Source: an uncultured delta proteobacterium (GTDB lineage: Bacteria > Myxococcota_A > Polyangia > Polyangiales > Polyangiaceae). Taken from it: a stretch of DNA of 64,000 nucleotides. This document shows, in pieces, positions 47,311 to 60,738 of this stretch. Location: assembly GCA_963782055.1 (NCBI GenBank), contig CAWAIF010000003.1, positions 6,823,948 to 6,887,947 on the forward strand, written 5' to 3'. The notes below the pieces were generated by a model that worked only from the letters and a program-made list of their open reading frames with translations, was not told the origin of the DNA and made no database searches. Position numbers and translations under genes: made by a program. How positions within the stretch are numbered: position 1 is the first letter of the stretch; each line of letters opens with the position of its first letter.

Positions 47311-50300
47311 CTAAAACAACCCGATCGCAAAATTCAGCGCGCCGATGTCCTCGAACGGCTGCTTCGTCAGGTTGAACCCGTAATCCAGCGCGATCGCCCC
47401 CACCGGCGTGTCCACCCGGATCCCCGACCCCGCCGCCACCCGCAGCGTCAGCGAGTGATCGAACGGGTACGTCGGATCGCCCCACAGGTTCCCCGCGTCG
47501 ACGAACACCACGGTGTGCAGCGGCCCCATCACCGGGATGCGCACCTCCACGCGCGGGTTGAACATCAGGTTGCCGCCGTTGACCGCGACGTTGGTCGGCT
47601 GCAGCGTGCCGCCCGACGCGTTGATGGTGTCGACGGCGTCCTGCGGGATGACGGTGTCCTGCGTGTATGACCGCATGGAGTCGAAGCCGCCCATGAAGAA
47701 CTCGCGGTCGGGGTAGGTCACCGAGTTGGTGGTCACCTGCGCGACCTCCCCCATCCGCAGCGTGGCCGCCAGGATGACGCCCTTGTAGATGGGGATGTAG
47801 CCGGACAGCGTCTGCGTCAGCCGCACGAAGTGCCCCTCGCTGGTGTTGCCGGAGCCCAGCGGGAAGGCGTCGTCGTGCTCCACGCCCACCACCGCGAGCG
47901 TGCCCTTGTGCGCGTCGAAGGAGTTGTCGCGGCAATCCCACGTGGCGACCACCCGCTCGGAGAAGAGCGCCGACTCGCCGCTGGGCACGCGCAGGAGCTG
48001 GTCGCAGAAGATGTTGCCCTGGCAGTGCGACGCCGGGTCGTCCACGCCCTGGAAGACGTGCAGGTTGTTGTATTCTGCACTGACCGAGAAGGCGAACAGG
48101 AGCTGCCGCTCCGGGCGGTAGTAGGCCGTCGGGATGAGCGCCGCCTTCCCGATGGTGAAGTACGGCTCCAGCGTGCGCGCGTAGAGGGCGTCCACGTTGC
48201 CGCGCACCAGCGGGCCCAGGCCGACCTCCGGGAAGCCCACGCTCAGGGTGACGTTGCCCGCCAGGCGCTCCGAGATGCTGAGCGGCTTGAAGTTCTGCGC
48301 GATGAGCGGGTCGGTGATGAGAAAGTCCGGCAGGTAGGAGACCTGCGCGCGGAAGGACAGCGCGATGGCGTCGCCGAAGACGTTCTTGTGGCCGTACTCG
48401 AAGGCGCCGCGCACGCCCTGCCCGGTGGCGAAGCCCGCCCGGAACTCGATGTACTGCGGCAGCGACTCCTGCACCGTGATGACCACCGTCTTGTCGCGCT
48501 GCGGGACCTGCGGGTTCTGCAGGGCGACGTTCACGCTGGAGAAGACGCCGAGGGTCGCCACGCGCTCCTGCGTCTTGCGCACGTCGCTCGTCCGGTACGG
48601 CTGCCCCACGGTGAGGGCGATGCGGCGGCGGATGACGTTCTCGTCGGTGTGCCGGTTCCCCCGCACCAGGATCTGCTGGACGATGACGCGGTCGCCCTCG
48701 GTGATGTCGAAGCGCACCCGCGCCTGCGTGGAGTCGAGCGACTTCTCGATCGCGAACTTCACGTCGGCGTAGAAGTAGCCCTCCTCCTTGTACAGGTCGA
48801 CGATGCGGCGGCGCGCCTCGTCCACCTTGGCCGCGCTGAGCGGGCCGCCCATGTCCAGCGCGGCCGCGTCGGCGATGCGCTTCTCGGTGATGGAGCGCGC
48901 GCCGTAGAACACCACGTCGCGCAGGAAGGTGCGCGGCCCCAGCTTGATCGGGATGCGCAGGCGCACCACAGGCTCGCAGGTGACGCCGTGCGCCCTGTCG
49001 GGCGTGCAGGTCCACGACTGCGGCAAGGGCGGCACCGGCCGCGGCAGACCCTGCCTGTCGTAGACGCACGCGTCGGCGGGCGTGCCCTTGCGCGGCAGCG
49101 GCGCGCACGTCCCGGGCGGCGAGTCGGGAGAGCAGGTGCGCCGGATGACCTGCACCGGCCCCACCGTGGCCGAGAGGAACCCCTCGCTCCGATAGAGCTC
49201 TTGCACGTGCGCCGCGGCGCGGTCGTAGGTGTCCGGCACGTAGGTGCGGTCGGGGTCGAGATCGATGGGCACCGCCGGACGCCCCGCCGGCGTCACGCGA
49301 GAGCCGGAGGTGTGGGAGAAGAGGGAGTCGACCAGGCGCGGGTCCGGGCTGACGACCAGGTCGGCGCCGGGGAGCTCCTCGTCCAGGAAGCTGTCGATCT
49401 CGTTGCCGATCTGCGAGGCGGAGCGCGGCCCGCCGCCGCGCAGGTCCTTGATCTCGTCGGCCGCGACGCACGGGTAGGTGCGCGCGGCGACCACCACCCG
49501 CTCGCCCTCCTGGACGTGGAAGACCAGCGTGCGCGCGTGGTCCGCCGGGCGACCGCGGACCTCCACCTTCACCTCGGCGTCGAGGAAGCCGCGCAGCACG
49601 TAGAAGCGCCGCAGCTTGTCCGCCAGGTGCTGCAGCCCGAGGTCTGTCTCGGCGTCGACGCCCAGCGCGGAGGAGAGGGCGTCGGCGTCGTAGTGCTCGT
49701 TGCCATCGAAGCTCAGGGCGAAGCGGGCGCCGGTGTCGACGCGCACGCGCAGCGTGACCAGCCCGGAGGCGAGCACCACGTCGTGGGAGACGCGCGCGTC
49801 GTACCATCCGCCCGCGCGCAGGCGCGTCTCCAGGTCCGTGTCGGCGGCGTCGAGCGCCGTCTCGTCGGCGCGGTCGCCCTTGTCCACATGGTACGCGCGC
49901 GTGTAGCGGTCGAGGTCCTCCGCCCTGGCGCCGAAGGAGTAAAAGACACGGCGCGCGAGGACGCGGGCCGGGCCCGGCTGCACGTCCAGCAGCGCGATGA
50001 CCCGCGTCGGCTTGTCCGTCGCCCGGGTGGCGAGGTCGGCGTGCGCCTGCGGGAAGCCGCGCCGGGCGAGCAGCGCCTCGATGCGTCGCTCGCGCACCTC
50101 CAGGTCGTTGCCTATCAGCTCGCCGCCCTCGCTCAGGCCCGCCTCGCGCAGGATGTCGTCCCGCTCGACGGGCACGTCGTGCAGGTCCACCTTCAGCGAC
50201 TCGATGAGGCGCCGCGGTACGGCGTGCACGCGCAGCTTCACGCCGCTGCCGTAGGGCTCCACCGTCACGTGCGCGGTGCCGTACAGGCCGCTCTCCATCG

Positions 50301-50610
50301 CCTCGCCCATGGCGATGCGCGCGAGCAACGGCGAGAAGGGCTGACCGGCGCGCACGCGCAGCAACCTGGGCGGGCGCATGTCCCCCCACGGATCGTCCTC
50401 CTGCACCACCTCCACGCTGACGACCGGCTTGCCCGCGTAGGCGCGCAGGTCGGGCGCGGTGCCCACCTGCGGCTCCGCGGGGCCGAGTGGGGGCTCCACC
50501 GGGGGCGCGAGCACCTTCACGGCGGGCGGGCCGGCAGCGCTCGCGACCGGAGAGATCAGACCGAGGAGCGATGCGCAGAGTACGACGACCGCTCGCCTAC
50601 TCGAACTCAA
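47311..50610 (-). CDS. bamA: Omp85/BamA-family outer-membrane protein assembly factor, an unusually long form (~1099 aa) with POTRA-like repeats and a C-terminal 16-strand barrel
   Basis: Signal peptide. C-terminal barrel with ..GFNLTKQPFEDIGALNFAIGLF terminal aromatic. Sits downstream of tamB. Confidence 0.82.
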   Translation of the reverse strand: MSSSRRAVVVLCASLLGLISPVASAAGPPAVKVLAPPVEPPLGPAEPQVGTAPDLRAYAGKPVVSVEVVQEDDPWGDMRPPRLLRVRAGQPFSPLLARIAMGEAMESGLYGTAHVTVEPYGSGVKLRVHAVPRRLIESLKVDLHDVPVERDDILREAGLSEGGELIGNDLEVRERRIEALLARRGFPQAHADLATRATDKPTRVIALLDVQPGPARVLARRVFYSFGARAEDLDRYTRAYHVDKGDRADETALDAADTDLETRLRAGGWYDARVSHDVVLASGLVTLRVRVDTGARFALSFDGNEHYDADALSSALGVDAETDLGLQHLADKLRRFYVLRGFLDAEVKVEVRGRPADHARTLVFHVQEGERVVVAARTYPCVAADEIKDLRGGGPRSASQIGNEIDSFLDEELPGADLVVSPDPRLVDSLFSHTSGSRVTPAGRPAVPIDLDPDRTYVPDTYDRAAAHVQELYRSEGFLSATVGPVQVIRRTCSPDSPPGTCAPLPRKGTPADACVYDRQGLPRPVPPLPQSWTCTPDRAHGVTCEPVVRLRIPIKLGPRTFLRDVVFYGARSITEKRIADAAALDMGGPLSAAKVDEARRRIVDLYKEEGYFYADVKFAIEKSLDSTQARVRFDITEGDRVIVQQILVRGNRHTDENVIRRRIALTVGQPYRTSDVRKTQERVATLGVFSSVNVALQNPQVPQRDKTVVITVQESLPQYIEFRAGFATGQGVRGAFEYGHKNVFGDAIALSFRAQVSYLPDFLITDPLIAQNFKPLSISERLAGNVTLSVGFPEVGLGPLVRGNVDALYARTLEPYFTIGKAALIPTAYYRPERQLLFAFSVSAEYNNLHVFQGVDDPASHCQGNIFCDQLLRVPSGESALFSERVVATWDCRDNSFDAHKGTLAVVGVEHDDAFPLGSGNTSEGHFVRLTQTLSGYIPIYKGVILAATLRMGEVAQVTTNSVTYPDREFFMGGFDSMRSYTQDTVIPQDAVDTINASGGTLQPTNVAVNGGNLMFNPRVEVRIPVMGPLHTVVFVDAGNLWGDPTYPFDHSLTLRVAAGSGIRVDTPVGAIALDYGFNLTKQPFEDIGALNFAIGLF

Positions 50611-53600
50611 GCCGCCACCGGAGGTCTACACCGACGTTGCCCACGCCGAGCGATGTTACGTCATTGTTGACGTTGTCGTACGACCCCTGGATGCTGACGC
50701 CCTTGCTGAGCCTCCACAGGATGTTGGCGTACAGCTCGTTGGAGCCGCTCAGGCCCGTGGCGACGTTGGCGGTGACGTCCTTGGTGATGCGCTTGCCCAC
50801 GCTGACGACGGGGACCGTCTGGCCGGAGTGGGGAGAGTACGCGCTGCCGAAGTGGAAGTCGTCGATGACCGGGATGGCCGATCGCACCGCGGCGCTCGCG
50901 CCCGTGGCGGCGGAGACCGCCTCCAGAGCGAGCCCCTGCCCGATGGCCGTCTGCGCCTGGTCGGCCTCCGCGCGCGTGATGCCGATGGTGAGCAGGAGCA
51001 CGATGTCCTCCTGCGCGAGCGGAGGGTCGCTCGTCAGGTCCACCTTCAGGTCGTCGCTGTCGCCGTAGGCGTGGACGTTGATGCGCCACGTCGTGCCGGC
51101 CTGCGCGCCGGAGCTGGAGCTGGCGCTGTAGCTGCTGCCGCCGGTGCGCCGGTACTCGGTCTGGGCCTGGATGTCGACGTTGGCGACGAGCCGGTCGGGG
51201 TCGTTGAAGCGGATCTTCGCCTCCTTGATGTCGAAGACGCTGGAGCCGAAGGGCAGCCGGAAGTGCCCGCCGGGCTCTGCCCGCAGCTCCCCGCGCAGGC
51301 CGTAGCGCTGGTTGGTGCCGCTCACCAGCAGCGGCCCGGAGTCCAGCGCGAGCTTCACGTCGATGAGGTTGTTGTGGATGTTGAGCGGCACGCGGGAGAA
51401 GACCTGCAGGTCCAGCTTCACCGCGTCGAGGGAGGGATCGTAGGTCTCCACCTCGGTGCGCTTGGCGCGCCCGCCGAAGGCGGAGATGTTGTCCACCAGG
51501 TTGATGGGCCGCGTGTAGTCGAAGGAGGTGACCACGACCGCGCCCGTCACGTGCGGGAGGTTGCGCGTCTCCCCGCTGCCCTTGTCGTCCAGGGTGACGG
51601 CCAGGTCGGCGTCCAGGCCCGCGGAGATGCCGGGGGCGGGCGTGATGCGAACCCCGCGCGCGGAGACCGAGAGCTTCGCCGTGCCGATGGTCAGGTGGCG
51701 GATGGGCACGCGCCCGGCGAGATCCAGCGTGCCGCCGGCGAACTTGCCCACGCCGCGGGCCACGCGGATCTCCTGGTTCTCCGCGCGCAGGTCCACGTCC
51801 ACGTCGGTGATGGGGTCGGGCAGATCGTGGATGTCCAGCTCGCTCGCCTTGATGCGCAGGTCGCCCTGCAGCACCGGGTCCTGCAGCGGCCCGGTCACGT
51901 GCACGCCACCGGAGAAGCTGCCGACCGCCTTGTCCAGCTTGGGCACGGCACCGGCGAGCACGCCGAGGTCCACCGGCGCCAGGTCCGCCGTCATGTCCAG
52001 CGTCGTCGCGCCGAAGACATCCGACGCGGTGCCCTGCACGCTGATCGCGCCGGAGAGTCCGCCGCCTGCCTGCAGGTCCAGCTCCAGCGGGGGGATGGTG
52101 AGGGTGTCGTCGCGCAGCGCGATGACCGCGGCGGTCGGGTTGAGGGAGATCTTCTTGTTCTCCCTGCCCACCACCAGCTCGCGCGGGAGGAAGCGCACCA
52201 CCCCGTGCTCCATGTCGCCCTGCTTGAGGTGGTCGATCGTCAGGTCGCCGCTGAGCACGCCGCCCAGCCTGGCGAGCGGGGAGGTCTCCCCGCCCTCCGT
52301 CGCGGGCGCCACGATCTTGCCGAAGGGCCCCAGCTCCAGCTTGCGGAAGAGCACCGAGCCGGCCACCTCGACCTGCTTGGCGCGCGAGAAGGTGAGGCGC
52401 TCCACGTGCGCCTCGCCGCCGAAGACGTCGCCCGTCACGACGTACTCGCCGTGCGAGGAGGTGTCGCGCGCGTAGGCCTCCTTGTCGAAGGCCGGGTAGA
52501 GCAAGCCGCCGCAGCGCGTCTTGCCGACGGCGCCCTGCTTCGGCGCGACCTGGGTCATGGTGACGTGCAGGCGCGAGCCGCCGAGGGAGGCGCCTCGCAC
52601 GTGCACCGGGGAGACGTCGGCGTCGGCCTCCACGGTGAAGGCGTCCACCGTGCCGCTCACCTGCGCGATGCCGGAGACGGTGCCCTCCAGCTCCTGCGCG
52701 TAGGAGCCCAGCGTCTGCAAGCGCGAGAGCGGCACGCTCTCCAGGACCAGGTTGCCGTGCAGCGCGCCGCCCTCCTGGATGCTCGCCGAGCCGAGGACGG
52801 AGCCGACCGCCGAGCCGTCCTTCTCCCGCCGCACCTTGTGCAGGGAGATGGAGTGAAGCTGCACGTCGGCGCCGTCCAGGCCGGCGAGCCGATCCCGCCA
52901 GCTCAGGTCGACGTCGGCGTCGCCGTCGTCGAACTGCTCGCCCAGGAGGTCGATCTGGGTGAAGTGCGGGCTCGCGTGCACCGCGATGAAGCCGCCGCCG
53001 CACGGGTCCTCCGGGCCGCCCAGCGCGAGGTGGAAGGTGGTGTCCCCCGAGATGTTGGCGTCGAGCTGGTCGAAGCGCGGGTCGTCGTTCATCTGGAAGA
53101 TGTCGAGCAGATCGCGCAGGTCGAGCGAGTCGGCGTGGGCGGTGGCGTCCATCTGCATGCTGCCCGGCCCGCCGAAGTCCAGGCGCGCGCTGGGCATCTG
53201 GTAGCTGCTCTTGTTCTTCACCGCGCGCACGTTGGTCAGGGTGAGCAGCTTCTGGTCGAGCTCGGCGTGCGCCGCCGTCACGTTCCCGAAGGGCATGTCG
53301 GCGATGGCGAAGTCCTTGATGCTCGCGTCGCCGACCAGCCGCGGGTTGGTCGTGTCCTCGCCGACGTGCACCTTCACCTGCGCCTGGCCGGCGAGGGGGA
53401 TGGAGGCGAGCGGGGTGATGTCCGCGAGGCCGACGTCGGCGTCCGGCGCGTCCACCTGCAGCCCGCCGGCGAAGCCGATGAAGACGTAGCCGCCCTGGAT
53501 GTGGCTGTGCGCCAGGTCGGCGTGGGCCGCGCGGAAGGACACGCCGTCCGGCCGCACCGCGAAGTGCGCGCCCACGTGCGCCTCGCTGAAGCCGACGAGG

Positions 53601-55024
53601 CGCTCGCGGCTCGGGTCGTCGGCCGGCCGGTCGTAGACCCCGAAGTTGCGCGTGACGGCGGTGAAGTCGCCGTCCAGCTTGAGCGGGTCGAGCAATCCGC
53701 CGAAGCTCGCCAGGTGAACCTCGTCGATGTCCCACCCGACGTGCGCGTGCGGGTGGACGTCCAGGTCACGCAGCAGCGTGGTGAAGCTCACGCCGTGGAT
53801 CTCCGCCTTCACCCCGAGCGTCTTGGCCAGCGGCTCGACGTGCAGGCCGCTCAGGCTCACCACGCCGCCGGCGAGCTTGACCTCCATGGTCGGGCTGCGG
53901 ATGACGTTGTCCTTGATGGACACCTGGCCGTCGAGGGCGTCGGCGAGGTGGTAGTGCCCCACGCGCACGCCGCCCGCGCGCAGCCGGCCGTCGGCCTGGG
54001 GCATGTTCATCCCCGCGGCGTACTTCACGTCGGCGTCGAGGGAGACCCACCCGCCCACGTCGGGCGTCTGCGCGAAACGGCTGGCGATGCCGACGGGCGC
54101 GCGCACCTTCGCGTGGCCGGAGAAGTCGGGGAGGTCCTGCGGCGCCCTGGGGTAGCGCACGTGCACGTGGTTGAGCGAGACCTCCACCTGGCGCGGGTCG
54201 TCGTCGGCGAGCGAGCAGGTGGGGGCGTTGGCCTGCGTCGGGTCCAGGTCGGCCGCGCCTGTCAGCTCCAGCCGGCGCACCGTCACGTCGTCGGGGGTGA
54301 TGCGCACGCGGCCGTCCAGGCTGCAGAGGACGTCGTCGTCGGAGGCGTGCTTACCGCCGCCGAGGTCCCGCACGCGGTGCATCTGGGAGGCGCCGGCGCG
54401 GACCGCGATCTCGAAGGAGGAGCCGCGGACCGGGTCGTCCTCGGTCGTCACGTCCAGGTCCACCTCGTGCGCGTGGACGCTCGCGTCGTCCACGGTGAGG
54501 TCCACGTCGCCATCTGTGATGGCGAAGACATCGAAGAAGGCGTGGAAGGGACCGGTCTGCTTGCTGCTCGCCGACTTGACGTTCAGGTTGACCAGCTTCT
54601 TGTCCTTGACCACCACCCGCGCACGCGGCGCCTCGATGTCGATCTGGTCGATGATGAGCTTGCCGCTGAGCAGCGGGAAGAAGCGCGGGCGCACGGTGGC
54701 GCTCTTCGCGGTGAGGAAGGGGCTGCCGCCGTCGGTGGCGTCGACGCGCAGGTCGGCCAGCTCCAGGGCGATGGGCCAGAGGTGCACCACCACGCGATAG
54801 TGGGCCTGGATGCCCTCGTCCCGGAGCATCCGGGACGTCTCCCTGGCCGTCCACTGCTGGACGAAGTCGCTGCGGGCGAGCAGGGTCAGCGCGATGGGCA
54901 GCGCCCCGAGCAGCGCCAGCACCCCGCAGATCACCCGGGCCAGGGCGCGCCCCAGCGAGAAGCGCCGCCGTGGCGGCGCCGCCGGGGGCGGAAGCTGGGT
55001 CTCCTGGGAGCGCTCGTACGGCAT
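50597..55024 (-). CDS. tamB: TamB / AsmA-like translocation-and-assembly-module protein (DUF490 C-terminus)
   Basis: 1475 aa with an N-terminal membrane anchor. Long beta-rich repetitive body. C-terminal ..VSIQGSYDNVNNDVTSLGVGNVGVDLRWRLEFE is typical of TamB. Overlaps the bamA start. Confidence 0.78.
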   Translation of the reverse strand: MPYERSQETQLPPPAAPPRRRFSLGRALARVICGVLALLGALPIALTLLARSDFVQQWTARETSRMLRDEGIQAHYRVVVHLWPIALELADLRVDATDGGSPFLTAKSATVRPRFFPLLSGKLIIDQIDIEAPRARVVVKDKKLVNLNVKSASSKQTGPFHAFFDVFAITDGDVDLTVDDASVHAHEVDLDVTTEDDPVRGSSFEIAVRAGASQMHRVRDLGGGKHASDDDVLCSLDGRVRITPDDVTVRRLELTGAADLDPTQANAPTCSLADDDPRQVEVSLNHVHVRYPRAPQDLPDFSGHAKVRAPVGIASRFAQTPDVGGWVSLDADVKYAAGMNMPQADGRLRAGGVRVGHYHLADALDGQVSIKDNVIRSPTMEVKLAGGVVSLSGLHVEPLAKTLGVKAEIHGVSFTTLLRDLDVHPHAHVGWDIDEVHLASFGGLLDPLKLDGDFTAVTRNFGVYDRPADDPSRERLVGFSEAHVGAHFAVRPDGVSFRAAHADLAHSHIQGGYVFIGFAGGLQVDAPDADVGLADITPLASIPLAGQAQVKVHVGEDTTNPRLVGDASIKDFAIADMPFGNVTAAHAELDQKLLTLTNVRAVKNKSSYQMPSARLDFGGPGSMQMDATAHADSLDLRDLLDIFQMNDDPRFDQLDANISGDTTFHLALGGPEDPCGGGFIAVHASPHFTQIDLLGEQFDDGDADVDLSWRDRLAGLDGADVQLHSISLHKVRREKDGSAVGSVLGSASIQEGGALHGNLVLESVPLSRLQTLGSYAQELEGTVSGIAQVSGTVDAFTVEADADVSPVHVRGASLGGSRLHVTMTQVAPKQGAVGKTRCGGLLYPAFDKEAYARDTSSHGEYVVTGDVFGGEAHVERLTFSRAKQVEVAGSVLFRKLELGPFGKIVAPATEGGETSPLARLGGVLSGDLTIDHLKQGDMEHGVVRFLPRELVVGRENKKISLNPTAAVIALRDDTLTIPPLELDLQAGGGLSGAISVQGTASDVFGATTLDMTADLAPVDLGVLAGAVPKLDKAVGSFSGGVHVTGPLQDPVLQGDLRIKASELDIHDLPDPITDVDVDLRAENQEIRVARGVGKFAGGTLDLAGRVPIRHLTIGTAKLSVSARGVRITPAPGISAGLDADLAVTLDDKGSGETRNLPHVTGAVVVTSFDYTRPINLVDNISAFGGRAKRTEVETYDPSLDAVKLDLQVFSRVPLNIHNNLIDVKLALDSGPLLVSGTNQRYGLRGELRAEPGGHFRLPFGSSVFDIKEAKIRFNDPDRLVANVDIQAQTEYRRTGGSSYSASSSSGAQAGTTWRINVHAYGDSDDLKVDLTSDPPLAQEDIVLLLTIGITRAEADQAQTAIGQGLALEAVSAATGASAAVRSAIPVIDDFHFGSAYSPHSGQTVPVVSVGKRITKDVTANVATGLSGSNELYANILWRLSKGVSIQGSYDNVNNDVTSLGVGNVGVDLRWRLEFE

Positions 55025-55234
55025 GGGCTGGGCGGATGGACGGGGCGAGAGGTGAAATGTAGCGAAAAGCGGGGGCCCGGCCCATTGTTTGACGTGTAAA
55101 AAACCGCGAAATCTCGGCGGATTTAGGCACTGCTAGCACGCTTGCACTCCGACGCCTGGCGGCCAACCTCTCGAGGGGACCCCCGCCGGGGGGGCCGGCC
55201 CCCACGGCCGGGGCCGCGGTGGTAAAAGGACACC

Positions 55235-55957
55235 ATGCGGCGGACGACGGAGGGGGTCCTCTCCAGCGGGGAGCTGGTCCCGCGCCGCATCGCGGCCATC
55301 GAGCGGCACGATCCGGAGCGGGTCATCCGGCTGCTGGAGCCGCTGGTGCTCGAGCGGCGCCGGGCGAGGCTGCGGGAGGTCATCGACGCGCGCCTCGGCA
55401 GCGTGTGCGTGGTCTTCGACGCCCCCCACGATCCGCACAACGGCGCGGCGGTGGTGCGCACCTGCGAGGCCTTGGGCGTGCAGACGTTGCACGTCGTCGA
55501 GCGCCGGGAGAGCTTCCTCGCCGCCGCGTCGGTGGCGCGCGGCGCGGAGAAGTGGGTGGACGTGCTCACCCACAAGGACGTCGCCGGCGCCGTCGCCGCC
55601 GCGCGCGCCGCGGGCATGGAGCTCTGCGCCGCGACCGCCACCGGCGAGCTGGAGCCGCCCGATCTCGCCCGCATCCCGCGCCTCGCGCTGGTGCTGGGCA
55701 ACGAGCGCGACGGCATCGCCGACGAGCTGCTCGCCGCGTGCACCCGCTCCGTGCGCGTACCGATGCGCGGCTTCGTCGAGAGCCTCAACGTCAGCGTGAC
55801 CGCCGCCATCCTGCTGTCCCACGCCACCGCCGGCCGCCCCGGGGACCTGCCGGAGCGCGACAGGCGCAGACTCTACGCGCGCGGCCTGTATCTCACCGTC
55901 CCTCGCGCAGCGGATGTGCTGCGCGAAGATCCCGGCGACCCAGACCGTGAACCATGA
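55235..55957 (+). CDS. SpoU/TrmH-family RNA 2'-O-methyltransferase
   Basis: ..LALVLGNERDGIADELL.. and ..IPMRGFVESLNVSVTAAILL.. (SPOUT motifs). Confidence 0.8.
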   Translation: MRRTTEGVLSSGELVPRRIAAIERHDPERVIRLLEPLVLERRRARLREVIDARLGSVCVVFDAPHDPHNGAAVVRTCEALGVQTLHVVERRESFLAAASVARGAEKWVDVLTHKDVAGAVAAARAAGMELCAATATGELEPPDLARIPRLALVLGNERDGIADELLAACTRSVRVPMRGFVESLNVSVTAAILLSHATAGRPGDLPERDRRRLYARGLYLTVPRAADVLREDPGDPDREP

Positions 55958-56039
55958 ACTTTGCATCGACTGGCGGACATGATTACCCTCGCGTTGGGCC
56001 GGCGCGTACCCCTGCGCAAAGCTCGCCCTCAAAGCACCC

Positions 56040-56603
56040 ATGACCCAGGACGCCGACACCAAGGCCGAGACGGCCGAAGACGAAGCGAGCACCCCGGCCG
56101 ATCCGGCCGAGGAGGAAGCCACCCCGGCCGACCCGCTGGAGGCTGCCCGCGCAGAGGCCACCCGCCTCAAGGACGCGCTGATGCGCACCGCCGCGGACTT
56201 CGACAACTTCCGCAAGCGAAGCCGCCGTGAGGTGGAAGACGCCCGCCGCACCGGCCGCGTGGACCTGCTCAAGGAGCTGCTCCCCGTCTTCGACAACCTG
56301 GAGCGCGGCGTCCAGAGCGCCCAGCGCGCGCAGGACGTCAAGGCCGTCGCCGACGGCCTGACGATGATCCTCAAGCAGTTCGAGGCGACGCTCGGGCGCG
56401 CCGGCATCACCCGCGTGCCGACCATCGGCAGCATCTTCAATCCCAGCGTGCACGAGGCCATCCAGCAGGTGGAGACGGCGGAGCACCCGCCCGGCACCGT
56501 CGTGGCGGAGGTCCAGCCCGGCTACCTCCACGGCGACCGACTCGTCCGCGCGGCGATGGTCGTGGTCGCCAAGCCCAAGAGCGACGGCGAGAGCGCCTCG
56601 TAG
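56040..56603 (+). CDS. grpE: Nucleotide exchange factor GrpE
   Basis: ..[31 protein letters not shown].. Immediately upstream of dnaK. Confidence 0.9.
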   Translation: MTQDADTKAETAEDEASTPADPAEEEATPADPLEAARAEATRLKDALMRTAADFDNFRKRSRREVEDARRTGRVDLLKELLPVFDNLERGVQSAQRAQDVKAVADGLTMILKQFEATLGRAGITRVPTIGSIFNPSVHEAIQQVETAEHPPGTVVAEVQPGYLHGDRLVRAAMVVVAKPKSDGESAS

Positions 56604-56714
56604 CCTCACCCCCCTCCGAAGAGGCGTGCTTGACGCGTCAACCTTTGGCGGGGCAAAAGGGGTCTGTGCTCATGCCTGGCGCACGCAAACGGTGTATCGT
56701 CGGATTCCCTGACC

Positions 56715-58580
<1,866 letters not shown>

Positions 58581-58639
58581 GTGGGGTCCGCGCGGCTTCG
58601 CCCGGGGTGCCCGGCGGTCATCCGCGCTATAGTTGGTGC

Positions 58640-59902
<1,263 letters not shown>

Positions 59903-59904
59903 TC

Positions 59905-60738
59905 ATGCCCCACGCGCGCGCCGGCGACGGCACCCGCATCCACTACGAGGTCCACGAGGGCCGCGCGACCGGCGAGCGGCCGACGGTCGTGCTGGTGCAG
60001 GGGCTCGGCCTCTCCTCGCGCTTCTGGTTCGACCAGCCGAAGCTCGTCTCGGAGGACCGAGACGCGCCGCACCGCGTGGTGGTGCTGGACAACCGCGGCA
60101 CCGGCCGCAGCGACAGGCCGCGCGGGCCGTACCGCATGGCGCGCATGGCCGACGACGTGGCGGAGGTCATCGCGCTCACCGGCAGCGCCCCGGCGATCGT
60201 CGTCGGCATCTCCATGGGCGGGATGATCGCCCAGCGCCTCGCCATCCGGCACCCGGACAAGGTGCGCGGCCTGGTCCTGCTCGCCACCACGCCCGGCCTG
60301 CCCGCGGCGGTGCTCCCCGCCCCGCGGACCATCGCCACCCTGCTGAGCGCGCCGCTGCAGCGCAAGGGCGGCGGCGCGTCGCGCCGCTACAACCGGCTCC
60401 TCTTGCCGGAGGCCGAGCTCGACCGCGCGCACGTGCACTTCGCGCGATGGCCGGCGGCGCTCGCGCACGATCCGCTCCGCTTCTCCACCTTCCTCGCCCA
60501 GTTCTTCGCCGTCATGACCCACTGGACCGGCGACGCCCTCCGGCGCATCGACTGCCCCGCGGTGGTGGTGCACGGCGCCGAGGACATCCTCGTCCCGCCG
60601 CGCAACGGCGAGCGCATCGCGCGGCGCATCCCCAACGCCTCGCTGGAGATCCTGCCCGCCGTCGCGCACGCAGTGCCCATGCTGGACAGCGCGGTGGTGC
60701 AGCGTTCGCTGCGCAAGCTGGCGGAGATGGGGGCGTGA
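59905..60738 (+). CDS. Alpha/beta-hydrolase fold protein
   Basis: ..VVLVQGLGLSSRFW.. and nucleophile elbow GISMGG. ..VVHGAEDILVP.. C-terminal His. Confidence 0.75.
   Translation: MPHARAGDGTRIHYEVHEGRATGERPTVVLVQGLGLSSRFWFDQPKLVSEDRDAPHRVVVLDNRGTGRSDRPRGPYRMARMADDVAEVIALTGSAPAIVVGISMGGMIAQRLAIRHPDKVRGLVLLATTPGLPAAVLPAPRTIATLLSAPLQRKGGGASRRYNRLLLPEAELDRAHVHFARWPAALAHDPLRFSTFLAQFFAVMTHWTGDALRRIDCPAVVVHGAEDILVPPRNGERIARRIPNASLEILPAVAHAVPMLDSAVVQRSLRKLAEMGA

Noticed and set aside
46940-50389. 1149-aa minus-strand ORF and 946-aa plus-strand ORF over bamA
   Set aside because: Wrong-frame or antisense. The bamA frame (47311..50610) has a signal peptide and a C-terminal barrel signature.
50459-55099. 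1546-aa plus-strand ORF antisense to tamB
   Set aside because: Low-complexity (GVGRAV.../DxxR) translation. The TamB frame has the conserved DUF490 end.
55025-55234. Possible tRNA or CIRCE element in the tamB/spoU intergenic region
   Set aside because: Only GC-rich hairpins (CCGGGGGGGCCGGCCCCC) are present. There is no cloverleaf-compatible arrangement and no TTAGCACTC-N9-GAGTGCTAA.
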